Source: an uncultured Prevotellaceae bacterium (GTDB lineage Bacteria; Bacteroidota; Bacteroidia; Bacteroidales; Bacteroidaceae). Taken from it: a DNA stretch of 64,000 nt. Below are positions 43,138 through 53,427 of the stretch, in pieces. The DNA is taken from assembly GCA_900320045.1 (NCBI GenBank), contig ONQT01000006.1, forward strand, positions 19,633 to 83,632, read 5' to 3'. The translations under genes and the position numbers were made by a program. The notes beneath the pieces are model-generated. The model was not told where the DNA came from. It did no database searches and was given only the letters and a program-made list of their open reading frames with translations. Every line of letters starts with the position of its first letter. Position 1 is the first letter of the stretch.

Positions 43138-44433
43138 ATGTTATTGAAAGAACGCGACCATCAGATACTTCGCATTGCCCTACCGGCCATCATCACCAAC
43201 GTCACCGTACCGCTGCTGGGACTGGTAGACACGGCCATCGTAGGACACATGGGCGATGCTGCCTACATCGGTGCTATTGCAGTCGGTGCCATGATTTTCA
43301 ATCTCGTCTATTGGGTCTTCGGTTTCCTGCGGATGGGCACGAGCGGGATGACAGCCCAGGCTTGGGGCAGAAAAGACCTTGCCGAGATTCAACAGATGCT
43401 GACCCACTCGCTGGCACTATCAACGCTCACGTCGCTCTTGCTTTTGGTGCTGCAATGGCCTCTCTGTCAACTGATGCTGGCCATCATCGGTCCGTCTGCT
43501 GATGTGCGCCCGCTGGCTGCCACCTATTTCTATATAGTCGTCTGGGGGGCTCCTGCGTCGTTAGGACTCTTCTCGCTCACGGGCTGGTATATCGGTATGC
43601 AGAACACGCTCATCCCGATGTTCATCAGCATCACGCAGAACGTGGTCAACATCCTCGTTTCGCTCGTCCTTGTCTTTGGTTTCCACATGAAGGTGGAGGG
43701 CGTCGCCCTGGGGACAATCATCGCTCAATACACAGGATTTCTCATGGGACTCGTCCTGCTTGTGAGGCGCTACAAAAAACATATCAACATTAAATATACA
43801 AAACTAAGACTCAGCGATTTAACGCCTTTCATTCATGTTAATCGAAACATCTTTCTTCGCACCCTTTGCCTTGTGGCGGTCAACCTTTTCTTTACCTCTG
43901 CCGGAGCCCGACAGAGCACAACTATTCTAGCCGTCAACACGCTACTGCTTCAACTCTACCTGCTCTTCTCCTACATCATGGACGGCTTTGCCTATGCCGG
44001 CGAAGCACTCGGAGGGCGCTATTGGGGAGCGGGCGACATGCCTGCCTTCCGCAGTACCGTCAGACGGCTATTCGGCTGGGGAGCCATCATGACGGTGATT
44101 TTCACCCTGGTCTATGTCATGGGCGGCATGCCGTTTCTCCGACTGCTAACCGACGAACCTGGCGTGGTAGAAGCCTCGCACGACTACGTCTGGTGGGCCT
44201 ACCTGATACCCATCTGCGGTGTGGCGGCATTTATCTGGGACGGCATCTTCATCGGAACAACACAGACTCGCGGCATGCTTCTCTCAGCTGCATTGGCAGC
44301 CATCGTGTTCTTTGCCCTGGCATTAGGACTGCTATCCGTGATGGGCAACCACGGACTGTGGCTCGCCATGGTGTTCTACCTGTTCATGCGCGGCGGCGTC
44401 CAGACAGTGTGGTTCGCAAGAATGAAGACGTAA
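43138..44433 (+). CDS. MATE family efflux transporter (DinF-like)
   Basis: PLLGLVDTAIVGH, FGFLRMGTSG, DGFAYAGEAL, WDGIFIG; ATG 4 bp after TACTTTTG (43126-43133), so near-leaderless. Confidence 0.9.
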   Translation: MLLKERDHQILRIALPAIITNVTVPLLGLVDTAIVGHMGDAAYIGAIAVGAMIFNLVYWVFGFLRMGTSGMTAQAWGRKDLAEIQQMLTHSLALSTLTSLLLLVLQWPLCQLMLAIIGPSADVRPLAATYFYIVVWGAPASLGLFSLTGWYIGMQNTLIPMFISITQNVVNILVSLVLVFGFHMKVEGVALGTIIAQYTGFLMGLVLLVRRYKKHINIKYTKLRLSDLTPFIHVNRNIFLRTLCLVAVNLFFTSAGARQSTTILAVNTLLLQLYLLFSYIMDGFAYAGEALGGRYWGAGDMPAFRSTVRRLFGWGAIMTVIFTLVYVMGGMPFLRLLTDEPGVVEASHDYVWWAYLIPICGVAAFIWDGIFIGTTQTRGMLLSAALAAIVFFALALGLLSVMGNHGLWLAMVFYLFMRGGVQTVWFARMKT

Positions 44434-44541
44434 ACGACGTGTCGCCGATGCGACCCGATTGCAGAAAACAAAAAAAATTACCGTGTTTTGTGTTTCGGAA
44501 ATAAAACTTTTCCTTACCTTTGCAGCAAAAACAGAAACATT

Positions 44542-45513
44542 ATGGAACATTCACACCATCACGAGCATCACGATGAGCATCATCACGAGCATCACGATGA
44601 GCACCATCATCACCATCATCACCACGTCCATGTAATGCCCTCCTCGCAGAGCGGCATCTTCGTCTTCTGCATTATCCTCAACCTGCTCTTCGTGGGCATC
44701 GAGGCACTCATCGGACTGACCCAGAACTCGCTGTCATTGCTGTCAGATGCCGGTCACAATCTCAGTGACGTTTTCAGTCTGATACTGGTTCTCATTGCCT
44801 TCCGACTGGCCAAGGTTCGCGCCGGACAGCACTACACCTACGGTCTGAAAAAGTCGACAGTACTCATCTCGCTACTCAACGCCATCCTGTTGTTAGTAGC
44901 CATTGCCGGTATTGTCATTGAGAGCATTCATAAATTCAGCGAACCAGCCGATGTGAATGGCATGGCCGTTACATGGACGGCAGGAGCCGGCATCCTAATC
45001 AACGGACTGACGGTATTGTTGCTGATGCGAGGGCAAAAGAACGACATCAACGTTCGCGGAGCCTTCCTCCACATGGTGGCCGACACATTGGTATCGGTAG
45101 GCGTTGTCATTTCGGGTATCATCATCACTTATACAGGATGGAACGTGGTTGACCCCATTGTCAGCCTCATCATCGCCGGGGTCATCCTCATCTCGACATG
45201 GGAGCTGCTGACTGCCAGTCTGCGACTGATTGTTGACGGGACGCCAGAGGGTGTTGAGCCGCGCGACATCCTGCAACTGCTGGAAGACGCCGAGCACGTG
45301 ACCGAGGTGCACCATCTGCACATCTGGGCCCTGAGCACTACCGACAATGCTCTGACGGCACATGTCGTCATCGACCAGTTGGAACAGTCGGAAACCGTTA
45401 AGGAGCAGCTGAAACACCGCCTGAGCGAACACGGTATCGCCCACTCCACACTGGAATTTGAGACACCCGACAGCCACTGTCACGAGCATTGCTGCGAGGA
45501 CTGTCAATCATAA
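44542..45513 (+). CDS. Cation diffusion facilitator (CzcD/ZitB-like) with His-rich N-terminus
   Basis: LSDAGHNLSD, AFLHMVAD, VHHLHIW, HSTLEFE; -7 element TACCTTTG at 44515-44522. Confidence 0.92.
   Translation: MEHSHHHEHHDEHHHEHHDEHHHHHHHHVHVMPSSQSGIFVFCIILNLLFVGIEALIGLTQNSLSLLSDAGHNLSDVFSLILVLIAFRLAKVRAGQHYTYGLKKSTVLISLLNAILLLVAIAGIVIESIHKFSEPADVNGMAVTWTAGAGILINGLTVLLLMRGQKNDINVRGAFLHMVADTLVSVGVVISGIIITYTGWNVVDPIVSLIIAGVILISTWELLTASLRLIVDGTPEGVEPRDILQLLEDAEHVTEVHHLHIWALSTTDNALTAHVVIDQLEQSETVKEQLKHRLSEHGIAHSTLEFETPDSHCHEHCCEDCQS
44557..44604 (+). repeat. 2 x 24-bp tandem repeat encoding HHEHHDEH
   Basis: CATCACGAGCATCACGATGAGCA(T/C) x2. Confidence 0.85.
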
Positions 45514-45517
45514 CTTA

Positions 45518-45547
45518 TTGGTAAAACTTGGTAAAACTCGTTAAATG
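45518..45547. repeat. 10-mer intergenic microrepeat
   Basis: TTGGTAAAAC TTGGTAAAAC TCGTTAAATG. Confidence 0.6.
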
Positions 45548-45604
45548 GCTTGGCCGTTTAACGGGTTTTTCGTATCTTTGTCTGAAATTTCAAACACGAT
45601 AGCT

Positions 45605-48600
45605 ATGAAAAGAATGCAATATCCCCTTTGGACGACAGTTCAGCAATCGTTCCGCATGCTGACGACCGCCCTGTTATTCATGCCTCTGACCATGATGGGA
45701 CAATCTTACGAATCGCTTTGGAAGCAGGTAGAACAAGCCCAAAACAAGGACTTGCCCCAAACTGCCATGACCCAATTGAGGAAGATGGAGACCAAAGCCA
45801 CCAAGGAAAAGGCTTACGGCTGGCTGCTGAGGTCGAGCTTGCTATACGCCAAGCTGCAGGCCGAGGTGGCTCCCGACTCGTTGGCACCCGCCGTCAAGCG
45901 ACTGGAACAGCGCGAGCAGGCTGCCAAGGACGTTGCCCTGAAAGCGGTCTACGACGTCGTGCTGGCAAAGGTCTACGAGACCAACCAGCAGTTGACGGAC
46001 AATTGGAAAGCACAAAGCGACAGCTACCGCCGGCAGGCCATGACGCGCCCCGACGTGTTGGCACAGACCCAGATTGACAGCTATGTTCCCTTCGTCGTCA
46101 AGGAGAAAGATAGCGAGTGCTTCGGTCACGACCTGCTAAGCGTCGTCGGCATGGAGCTGAACGAATGGAAGTGGATGAGCAATTATTACAGCCAGATTGG
46201 CAACCGCCCTGCAGCCTGTCTTTCTGCATGTCAAGCGGTCAGCACCATCGAGGGTATGGACTCGCTGCTGAACATCTACGGCAACCTGCCTGAAGCCGGC
46301 GAGATTGCTATCAAGCGTTATGAGCTCATGTCTGACGACCGCTTTACCGCTGCCGAAAAGAACAGTTGGATAGAGCAGTCTCTCAACCGCTGGGGAACGT
46401 GGAAGCGCTCCAATATCCTGCGCAACGCCCAGACAGCGCTCAACAATCCCACCTACCAGGTGCACATTGACAATACGGTTCACGAGGTTGGAAAACCGCA
46501 GATGATACAGTTGACCAACCTGCGCAATATCGAGCGTCTGACCATGCATGTCTATCGCACTACATTGGCTGGCGACACCAAGCTGAACATCAACAACAAG
46601 GACGACCTGAAACAAATCCAGAAGGTTTCGACGTTGCTGAATGAGCATACCAAGACGCTATCGTTTACAGGACATGCCAGCTATGACTTCTTCCGCGACT
46701 CGCTCGAGTTGAACAGTCTGCCGGCAGGTGTCTATGTGCTGATGTTCCGCACCGAACAGGACACACAAGTGAAGCGCATGCTGTATTTCGTTTCGGGCAT
46801 CCGTGTCATCTCACAGGCTCAGCCCCACAACATGATGCGCTATGTCGTGGTCGACGCCACCACGGGGCAACCGGTTCCGAATGCCCAACTGCGAATGACA
46901 TTCCATAAGGGTAATGATACGCATTACAAGACGCTGGCATGCAATCAGCAGGGCGAGGTCACGTACAACTACGAGAAGGAACGTCCCAGCAGCGTCTTTG
47001 CTTTTACATCAACCGACAACTGCTGTCCGGAGTTCAACAACTACGGCAACTACAGCTACTACGAGCGACAGTATAACGTGGAGCATACCACGCTTTTTGC
47101 CGACCGCAGCATCTACCGCCCAGGTCAGACCGTTCATGTTGCAGCTATCGCATGGAAGGAAGTGTCGGCAACGGAGAATGCGGCCATCAGCAGTAAACAG
47201 CTCACCCTGACGCTGCGCGACGCCAACTACAAGGTCGTCAGCGAGCAGCAGGTGACGACAGACCGCTACGGCAAGTGTGCGGCAGACTTCACGCTGCCTA
47301 CCGGACAGCTCAACGGACACTTCACCATCCAATGCCAAGGAGCCAGCGTCGCTTTCAATGTGGAAGAATACAAGCGTCCTACCTTCCAAGTGGAGTTTGC
47401 CGACTACAAGCAGTCTTATCACAACGGCGACACCATTCAGGTGCAAGGCAAGGCGCTGACCTATGCCGGTGTTCCTGTCCAGGGCGCCAAGGTCAAATAT
47501 ACTGTCAAGCGTCGCGTGGCATTTTGGTGGATGTCGTATTCCCGCTACTGGAACAATGGCTATATCGGTCACAGCCTCAAGGATGAGGTCTTGAACGAGG
47601 GTGAAGCCGTCACGGAGGAAGACGGAACGTTCTGCGCCAACGTGCCGATGGTGCTACCCACAGACTTGGGCAATCGCAGCATGTTCTATCACTTCGTGGT
47701 AGAGGCTGATGTCACCGACCAAGGTGGCGAGACCCACAGCGGTACGCTGTCATTGCCATTGGGCAACAAGTCGACCGTGCTTACATGCGACATTCCCCAG
47801 CGGATTCGCAACGACCAGATGCCGCAGATAACCTTCACACGCCGCAATGCCGCTGGCAACGAGATAGCAGGAACGGTACGCTATCGCATGGACAATGGCA
47901 AGTGGAAGGAGTGCGCCGCCAACGCTCACCTCTCACCTCTCACCTCTCGCCTCTCAAGCGGTCAGCATCGCATAGAAGCCATCTGTGAGCAGGACACCCT
48001 CAACACCTCTTTCGTCGTCTTCTCCCTAAACGACAAGAAACCTGCCGCAGAGACACACGACTGGTTCTATGTCTCCGACACGCAGTTCCCCAACGACGGC
48101 AAACCCGTCACCGTCCAGGTGGGATCGTCTGATCCGAATCTCCACATTGTCTATGGCATCTATGCCGGTGACCAGCAGATAGAAAGCGGTGCCGTCGATA
48201 AGGATGCCGCACTCATCAACCGCAAGTTCACCTACAACGAGAGCTATGGCAACGGTCTGTTACTGACTTTTGCATGGGTCAAGGATGGCCAGTGCTATCG
48301 TCACAGCCAGTTCATCCAACGCCCCATGCCCGACAAACAGCTGAAGTTGCAGTGGGAGACATTCCGCGACCGACTGACGCCTGGTCAGCAGGAGGAATGG
48401 CGACTCACCATTAAGAAACCCGACGGCACAGCTGCCGACGCCAGTTTCATGGCTGTGCTCTACGACAAGAGTCTGGATGCCATCAAACAGCACCACTGGT
48501 CGTTCACCCCAACCTCCTATCTGCCGCAGCCCGGCACTTCCTGGCAATGGCGCTCCTGGAGCAGCATCGGACTGAGCGGTGCGAAGCACTACCAGTCGCT

Positions 48601-51202
48601 GAAGGTTCCCTCCTTCACCTATAGCTACTTCGACAGTAGCGTGATACCCACCTATATGGCTCCTGTACTGTTCAGGAACAACCACAGAGTTATGATTCGA
48701 GGTGCCAAGGCTGCAGCAGCACCACGAACCGACATGATGGTCATGAAACAGACGACCGCCATCGGTTCTTTCGACGTCAGGGGCAACGAGGAAACGGCAG
48801 AAGCCCACGATGAAGTCATCACCGTAGGCTATGGAGAGCAGCAAAAGGAAGAAAAGGCTGAGGAAGTGCAGCTCCGCGAAAACTTGCAGGAGACCGCTTT
48901 CTGCTACCCCACGCTAACCACGGCGACCGACGGCACCGTCACCATGAAGTTTACCTTGCCCGAGAGTCTGACGACCTGGCGCTTCATGGGTATCGCCAAT
49001 ACTTCTGATATGCTCTATGGAAGCATCAGTGGCGAAGCGATAGCCCAGAAGGACATCATGATACAGCCCAACATGCCGCGCTTTATTCGTATGGGTGACG
49101 AAGCCCGTATTTCGGCACGCATCTTCAATACCACAGAGCGAGCAATCAGCGGTACGGCCAAGCTACAACTCATTGACCCCGCTACCGAGCAGGTTGTCCT
49201 CGAACAGCAGCAGCCGTTCGCCGTTGCCGCACAGCAGACCGCTGCCACGACCTTCGCCGTCCAGAGTGCAACGTTCCAGGAGTCTTTGCTCATCTGCAAG
49301 GTCGTTGCTACAGGCGATGGTTTCAGCGATGGCGAGCAGCACTACCTGCCCATCCTACCCGACCGCGAATACGTCACCAAGACCGTTCCCTATACGCAAC
49401 ACGAGCCTGGCGTCAAGACCGTTGACCTCACCAAGCTCTTCCCGCAGGGCACCAGCCAGCAGAAACTGACGATAGAATACACCAACAATCCCGCATGGCT
49501 CATGGTGCAGTCGTTGCCTACCTTGGGACAGCCTTGGGAACATAGCGCCATCGACCAGGCAGCATCCTTCTATAGCAATATGTTAGCCAAGACGCTGTTA
49601 GGACAGAGTCCGCAGGTGAAGAATATCTTCGAACAATGGAAGCGTGAGACAGGTGCCGAGACATCGTTAACCTCTCACCTCGCACAAAACGAGGAACTGA
49701 AGGATCTCGTCTTGGAGGAAACACCATGGATAGCGGCTGCCGACCGTGAGGAGGAGCAGAAGCAACGCCTTGCCGACTTCTTCGACGAGAACGGCATGGA
49801 CAACCGCCTGTCGACGGCATTGGAAAAACTTCAGAAGCTACAGCATGCCGACGGTTCCTTCTCGTGGTACCCTGGCATGGAGGGCAGCACATTCATCACG
49901 GTTGCTGTCGAGGAAATGCTGGCTCGCCTCAACATCCTGACTGGCACGTCAACAGTGGTCAATGGTTCTGCCATTGACATCACTCCCATCTACGACAAGG
50001 CTTTCAACTACATGGGCCAGCAGATGGTTGACCTGGTAAACAAGATGAAGAAAGAGGAGAAGAAGGGCATCAAGCAGTCGTTCCCCTCATTCACCGCCCT
50101 GCGCTGGCTTTACATCTGCGCCATCGACGGCCGTACGCAGTCGTCCAGCGTCAAGTCGGCCAACAACTACCTCATCAATCTCCTGAAGAAGGACATCAAG
50201 CGTCAGACCATCTACGAGAAGGCTATGTCCGCCATCGTCCTCGCTCAGCATGGTGAGAAAACCAAGGCTGCCGAGTATGTCAAGAGCCTGAAGGAATATA
50301 CCGTCTATACCGAGGAGATGGGTCGTTACTACGACACCCGCCGCGCGTCTTACTCTTGGTACGACTACAAGATTCCCACCGAGGTGGCAGCAATCGAGGC
50401 CATCCAGCGCGTGACACCGAACGATGCACAGACGGTCGACGAGATGCGCCGCTGGCTGTTGCAGGAGAAGCGCACCCAGACATGGGACACGCCTATCAAC
50501 AGCGTCAACGCCATCTATGCCTTCCTGAATGCAACGCCACACTCTCACAGAGAGAACGGCAACAGCCAAGCGCTGACGACCACCAACGCCCAAACAGTCC
50601 TCGCCATCGATGGTTCTCCCATCGATACTCCGAAAGCGACAGCCGGCATCGGTTATGTAAAAACGGTGGTTGACGCTTCCGCTGTCAACAACGCCCGCAC
50701 CTTCACCGCTACCAAGACCAGTGAGGGGACTTTGTGGGGTGCCGTCTATGCGCAGTTCCTGCAGAAAACCAGCGACATCGAGTCATCGACAAGCGGCATC
50801 ACCATCCAGCGCGAAGTGATGGCGGCAGGTCCGCAATCCACATCTCTCACCGCTCAGCCCTCAACACCCACCGCGCTCAAGGTCGGCGACCGCATCAAGG
50901 TGCGCATCACTATCAACACCACACGCGACCTCGACTTCGTACAGGTCATCGACCGCCGGGCAGCGTGCATGGAACCTGTCGGTCAACTGTCGGGCTATCG
51001 GAACGGTGCCTACTGTTCTCCCAAGGACAATGCCACACACTATTTCTTCGGCATGCTGGCCAAGGGTCGCCATGTCGTCGAGACGGAATACTACATAGAC
51101 CGTTCCGGACGCTACGAGACGGGCACATGCACCGTGGGGTGTGCCTACGCTCCCGAATACCGCGCCACAGCACCTTCACTCACCATCAACGTCAACGAAT
51201 AA
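45605..51202 (+). CDS. Bacterial alpha-2-macroglobulin family protein
   Basis: DRSIYRPGQTV, VEEYKRPTF, LRENLQETAF, LPESLTTWRF, PRFIRMGD, LQHADGSFSW, AYAPEY; -7 element TATCTTTG at 45573-45580. Confidence 0.9.
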   Translation: MKRMQYPLWTTVQQSFRMLTTALLFMPLTMMGQSYESLWKQVEQAQNKDLPQTAMTQLRKMETKATKEKAYGWLLRSSLLYAKLQAEVAPDSLAPAVKRLEQREQAAKDVALKAVYDVVLAKVYETNQQLTDNWKAQSDSYRRQAMTRPDVLAQTQIDSYVPFVVKEKDSECFGHDLLSVVGMELNEWKWMSNYYSQIGNRPAACLSACQAVSTIEGMDSLLNIYGNLPEAGEIAIKRYELMSDDRFTAAEKNSWIEQSLNRWGTWKRSNILRNAQTALNNPTYQVHIDNTVHEVGKPQMIQLTNLRNIERLTMHVYRTTLAGDTKLNINNKDDLKQIQKVSTLLNEHTKTLSFTGHASYDFFRDSLELNSLPAGVYVLMFRTEQDTQVKRMLYFVSGIRVISQAQPHNMMRYVVVDATTGQPVPNAQLRMTFHKGNDTHYKTLACNQQGEVTYNYEKERPSSVFAFTSTDNCCPEFNNYGNYSYYERQYNVEHTTLFADRSIYRPGQTVHVAAIAWKEVSATENAAISSKQLTLTLRDANYKVVSEQQVTTDRYGKCAADFTLPTGQLNGHFTIQCQGASVAFNVEEYKRPTFQVEFADYKQSYHNGDTIQVQGKALTYAGVPVQGAKVKYTVKRRVAFWWMSYSRYWNNGYIGHSLKDEVLNEGEAVTEEDGTFCANVPMVLPTDLGNRSMFYHFVVEADVTDQGGETHSGTLSLPLGNKSTVLTCDIPQRIRNDQMPQITFTRRNAAGNEIAGTVRYRMDNGKWKECAANAHLSPLTSRLSSGQHRIEAICEQDTLNTSFVVFSLNDKKPAAETHDWFYVSDTQFPNDGKPVTVQVGSSDPNLHIVYGIYAGDQQIESGAVDKDAALINRKFTYNESYGNGLLLTFAWVKDGQCYRHSQFIQRPMPDKQLKLQWETFRDRLTPGQQEEWRLTIKKPDGTAADASFMAVLYDKSLDAIKQHHWSFTPTSYLPQPGTSWQWRSWSSIGLSGAKHYQSLKVPSFTYSYFDSSVIPTYMAPVLFRNNHRVMIRGAKAAAAPRTDMMVMKQTTAIGSFDVRGNEETAEAHDEVITVGYGEQQKEEKAEEVQLRENLQETAFCYPTLTTATDGTVTMKFTLPESLTTWRFMGIANTSDMLYGSISGEAIAQKDIMIQPNMPRFIRMGDEARISARIFNTTERAISGTAKLQLIDPATEQVVLEQQQPFAVAAQQTAATTFAVQSATFQESLLICKVVATGDGFSDGEQHYLPILPDREYVTKTVPYTQHEPGVKTVDLTKLFPQGTSQQKLTIEYTNNPAWLMVQSLPTLGQPWEHSAIDQAASFYSNMLAKTLLGQSPQVKNIFEQWKRETGAETSLTSHLAQNEELKDLVLEETPWIAAADREEEQKQRLADFFDENGMDNRLSTALEKLQKLQHADGSFSWYPGMEGSTFITVAVEEMLARLNILTGTSTVVNGSAIDITPIYDKAFNYMGQQMVDLVNKMKKEEKKGIKQSFPSFTALRWLYICAIDGRTQSSSVKSANNYLINLLKKDIKRQTIYEKAMSAIVLAQHGEKTKAAEYVKSLKEYTVYTEEMGRYYDTRRASYSWYDYKIPTEVAAIEAIQRVTPNDAQTVDEMRRWLLQEKRTQTWDTPINSVNAIYAFLNATPHSHRENGNSQALTTTNAQTVLAIDGSPIDTPKATAGIGYVKTVVDASAVNNARTFTATKTSEGTLWGAVYAQFLQKTSDIESSTSGITIQREVMAAGPQSTSLTAQPSTPTALKVGDRIKVRITINTTRDLDFVQVIDRRAACMEPVGQLSGYRNGAYCSPKDNATHYFFGMLAKGRHVVETEYYIDRSGRYETGTCTVGCAYAPEYRATAPSLTINVNE
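47925..47955 (+). repeat. In-frame heptamer microrepeat (CTCACCT)x4
   Basis: CTCACCT CTCACCT CTCACCT CTCGCCT CTC, read as HLSPLTSRLS. Confidence 0.85.
49952..49978 (+). repeat. In-frame hairpin element, family A
   Basis: ACAGTG GTCAATGG TTCTG CCATTGAC, read as TVVNGSAID. Confidence 0.8.
50606..50689 (+). repeat. Two further family-A-like hairpins in the macroglobulin gene
   Basis: ATCGATGG TTCTC CCATCGAT (50606-50626, lacks the leader) and ACGGTG GTTGACGC TTCCG CTGTCAAC (50663-50689). Confidence 0.6.
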
Positions 51203-51205
51203 ATC

Positions 51206-52267
51206 ATGAAGAGAAACATCATCATACCAACCTTGCTCCTGCTGGCAGCACTCCCCGTGAGCGCTCAGAAACTGGTCATCAGCAAGTCGACCGTCAACGT
51301 AGGACGCACAGCCTATCAGCAGCCCGTCACCGCCGTCTTTGAATGCAGAAACAAGAGTCACCGTAAGCTCAAGATTGAAGCCATCAAACCCGACTGCCAC
51401 TGCACCAAGGTAGACTATCCCAAAAACGGAATCGGTGCCAATGAGCGCTTCCAGATTCGCATGACCTACGATGCTCGCCAGTTAGGGCACTTTGACAAGC
51501 AGGCAGCCGTCGTCTCCAACGCATCGTCCAAACCCGTCTATATCTGCATGAAGGGCGTGGTGCTGACGGAGGTCGTAGATTTCTCGAAGACCTATCCCGT
51601 CGAGATGGGCGACCTGCTGTTGGACAAGGCTGACCTGGAGTTCGACGACATCAACAAGGGTGACACGCAGGTACAGGAAATCCACCTCTACAACAATGGT
51701 GTCAAGGCTTACGAGCCCAACCTGATGCACCTTCCGTCGTATCTGTCGGCAACGGTCACGCCACAACGGCTGTTCCCGCGTCAGGCGGGAGTCATCAAGG
51801 TGACGCTCAACTCCTCCGAGCTGCGCGACTACGGTCTGACACAGAACACCATCTATCTGGCTGGCAACCCAGGCGATAAGGTGAGTCCCGACCACGAAAT
51901 CAGTGTCTCGGCCATCTTGCTGCCCTCATTCTTAGGCATTACCGATGCCCAGCGACAGTATGCGCCCAAGCTCCAGCTGTCGAAAGAGAAGGTAGACATT
52001 CAGTTTGACGGCAAGAAGAAAAAGAGCGACATCATTGAGCTTGCCAACGTGGGACGTAGCGAACTGGAGATTTCGTCGCTGCAGCTCTTCACCGGTGGAC
52101 TGACAGTCTCGCTGGGTAAGAAACGCCTCTCGCCGGGTGAACGGACGAAACTGAAGTTTACCGCCGTGCGCGACGAACTGAAGAAGGTCCGCACCCGTCC
52201 CCGCATCCTCATGATTACTAACGACCCTTCCAAGCCGAAGGTCACCATTACCATTAATGCCAAATAA
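51206..52267 (+). CDS. DUF1573 domain (Ig-like) secreted protein
   Basis: Signal peptide, KPDCHCT (CxCT), GHFDKQ..V.SNA, ITNDPSKP. Confidence 0.8.
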   Translation: MKRNIIIPTLLLLAALPVSAQKLVISKSTVNVGRTAYQQPVTAVFECRNKSHRKLKIEAIKPDCHCTKVDYPKNGIGANERFQIRMTYDARQLGHFDKQAAVVSNASSKPVYICMKGVVLTEVVDFSKTYPVEMGDLLLDKADLEFDDINKGDTQVQEIHLYNNGVKAYEPNLMHLPSYLSATVTPQRLFPRQAGVIKVTLNSSELRDYGLTQNTIYLAGNPGDKVSPDHEISVSAILLPSFLGITDAQRQYAPKLQLSKEKVDIQFDGKKKKSDIIELANVGRSELEISSLQLFTGGLTVSLGKKRLSPGERTKLKFTAVRDELKKVRTRPRILMITNDPSKPKVTITINAK

Positions 52268-52273
52268 AACGAC

Positions 52274-53383
52274 ATGGAACATCCCGAGAATAGTACCGAA
52301 TATGCAGGTCTGCAAGTCAACAGCGGCGTAGAGCAGCCTGCCATCGTAAACCCCTACCTGAACCGCAACCGCTTCCGCCGTCGCGAGCTCTCTGCCACCG
52401 AGATGGTGGAGGGCATCGTCAAGGGCGACGTCACCATCCTCTCGCAGGCCGTGACATTGGTGGAGAGCGTCAATCCCGACCATCAGGCGAAGGCGCAGGA
52501 GGTTATCAACAAGTGTCTGCCATATAGCGGTCACAGCATCCGCGTGGGCATCAGCGGTGTCCCCGGTGCTGGCAAGTCTACCAGCATCGACGCTTTCGGC
52601 ATGCATGTCCTGCAGGAGAAAGGCGGCAAGTTGGCCGTTTTGGCCATTGACCCCTCGTCGGAACGCTCAAAGGGAAGCATCCTGGGCGACAAGACGCGCA
52701 TGGAGAAGCTGAGCGTCCACCCCGACTCCTTCATCCGTCCCAGTCCGACGGCAGGTTCCTTGGGCGGTGTGGCCCGCAAGACGCGCGAAACCATCATCCT
52801 CTGCGAGGCCGCAGGCTTCGACAAGATTTTCGTCGAGACGGTCGGCGTGGGACAGTCGGAGACGGCCTGCCACTCCATGGTCGACTTCTTCCTGCTCATC
52901 CAACTGGCCGGTACTGGTGACGACCTGCAAGGCATTAAGCGCGGCATCATGGAAATCTGCGACGGCATCGTTATCAATAAGTGCGATGGCGACAACGTGG
53001 AGAAGTGCCACATGGCTGCCACCAACTTCCAGAACGCTCTGCACTTCTTCCCCATGCCCGAGAGTGGCTGGCTGCCAAAGGTGCTGTGCTATAGTGGTTT
53101 CTATGGACTGGGCATCAAGGAGATTTGGGACATGATATACCAATATATTGACTTTGTCAAGGCCAACGGCTATTTCGACTACCGCCGCAACGAGCAGTCC
53201 AAGTACTGGATGTACGAGAGCATCAACGAGCACTTGCGCTTCAACTTCTACAACAACCCTGTCATCCAGCAGCAGCTGCAGGAGGCTGAACGCTCCGTAC
53301 TGGCTGGTCAGCAGACATCGTTCGTGGCAGCCCAGAGTCTGCTCGACAACTACTTCAAGCACCTCCAGTCCCCCAACCCATAA
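52274..53383 (+). CDS. meaB: Methylmalonyl-CoA mutase-associated GTPase MeaB/ArgK
   Basis: GVPGAGKST, LAIDPSS, GSILGDKTRM, VETVGVGQSE, INKCD. Confidence 0.94.
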   Translation: MEHPENSTEYAGLQVNSGVEQPAIVNPYLNRNRFRRRELSATEMVEGIVKGDVTILSQAVTLVESVNPDHQAKAQEVINKCLPYSGHSIRVGISGVPGAGKSTSIDAFGMHVLQEKGGKLAVLAIDPSSERSKGSILGDKTRMEKLSVHPDSFIRPSPTAGSLGGVARKTRETIILCEAAGFDKIFVETVGVGQSETACHSMVDFFLLIQLAGTGDDLQGIKRGIMEICDGIVINKCDGDNVEKCHMAATNFQNALHFFPMPESGWLPKVLCYSGFYGLGIKEIWDMIYQYIDFVKANGYFDYRRNEQSKYWMYESINEHLRFNFYNNPVIQQQLQEAERSVLAGQQTSFVAAQSLLDNYFKHLQSPNP

Positions 53384-53427
53384 GGCCCATAAGTCCCATT
53401 AGCCCCATCAAAACCAACCCCATGAGT
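53377..53427 (+). repeat. 9-mer repeat CCCATnAGn spanning the meaB stop and ispH start
   Basis: CCCATAAGG CCCATAAGT CCCATTAGC CCCATCAAA accaac CCCATGAGT. Confidence 0.85.
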
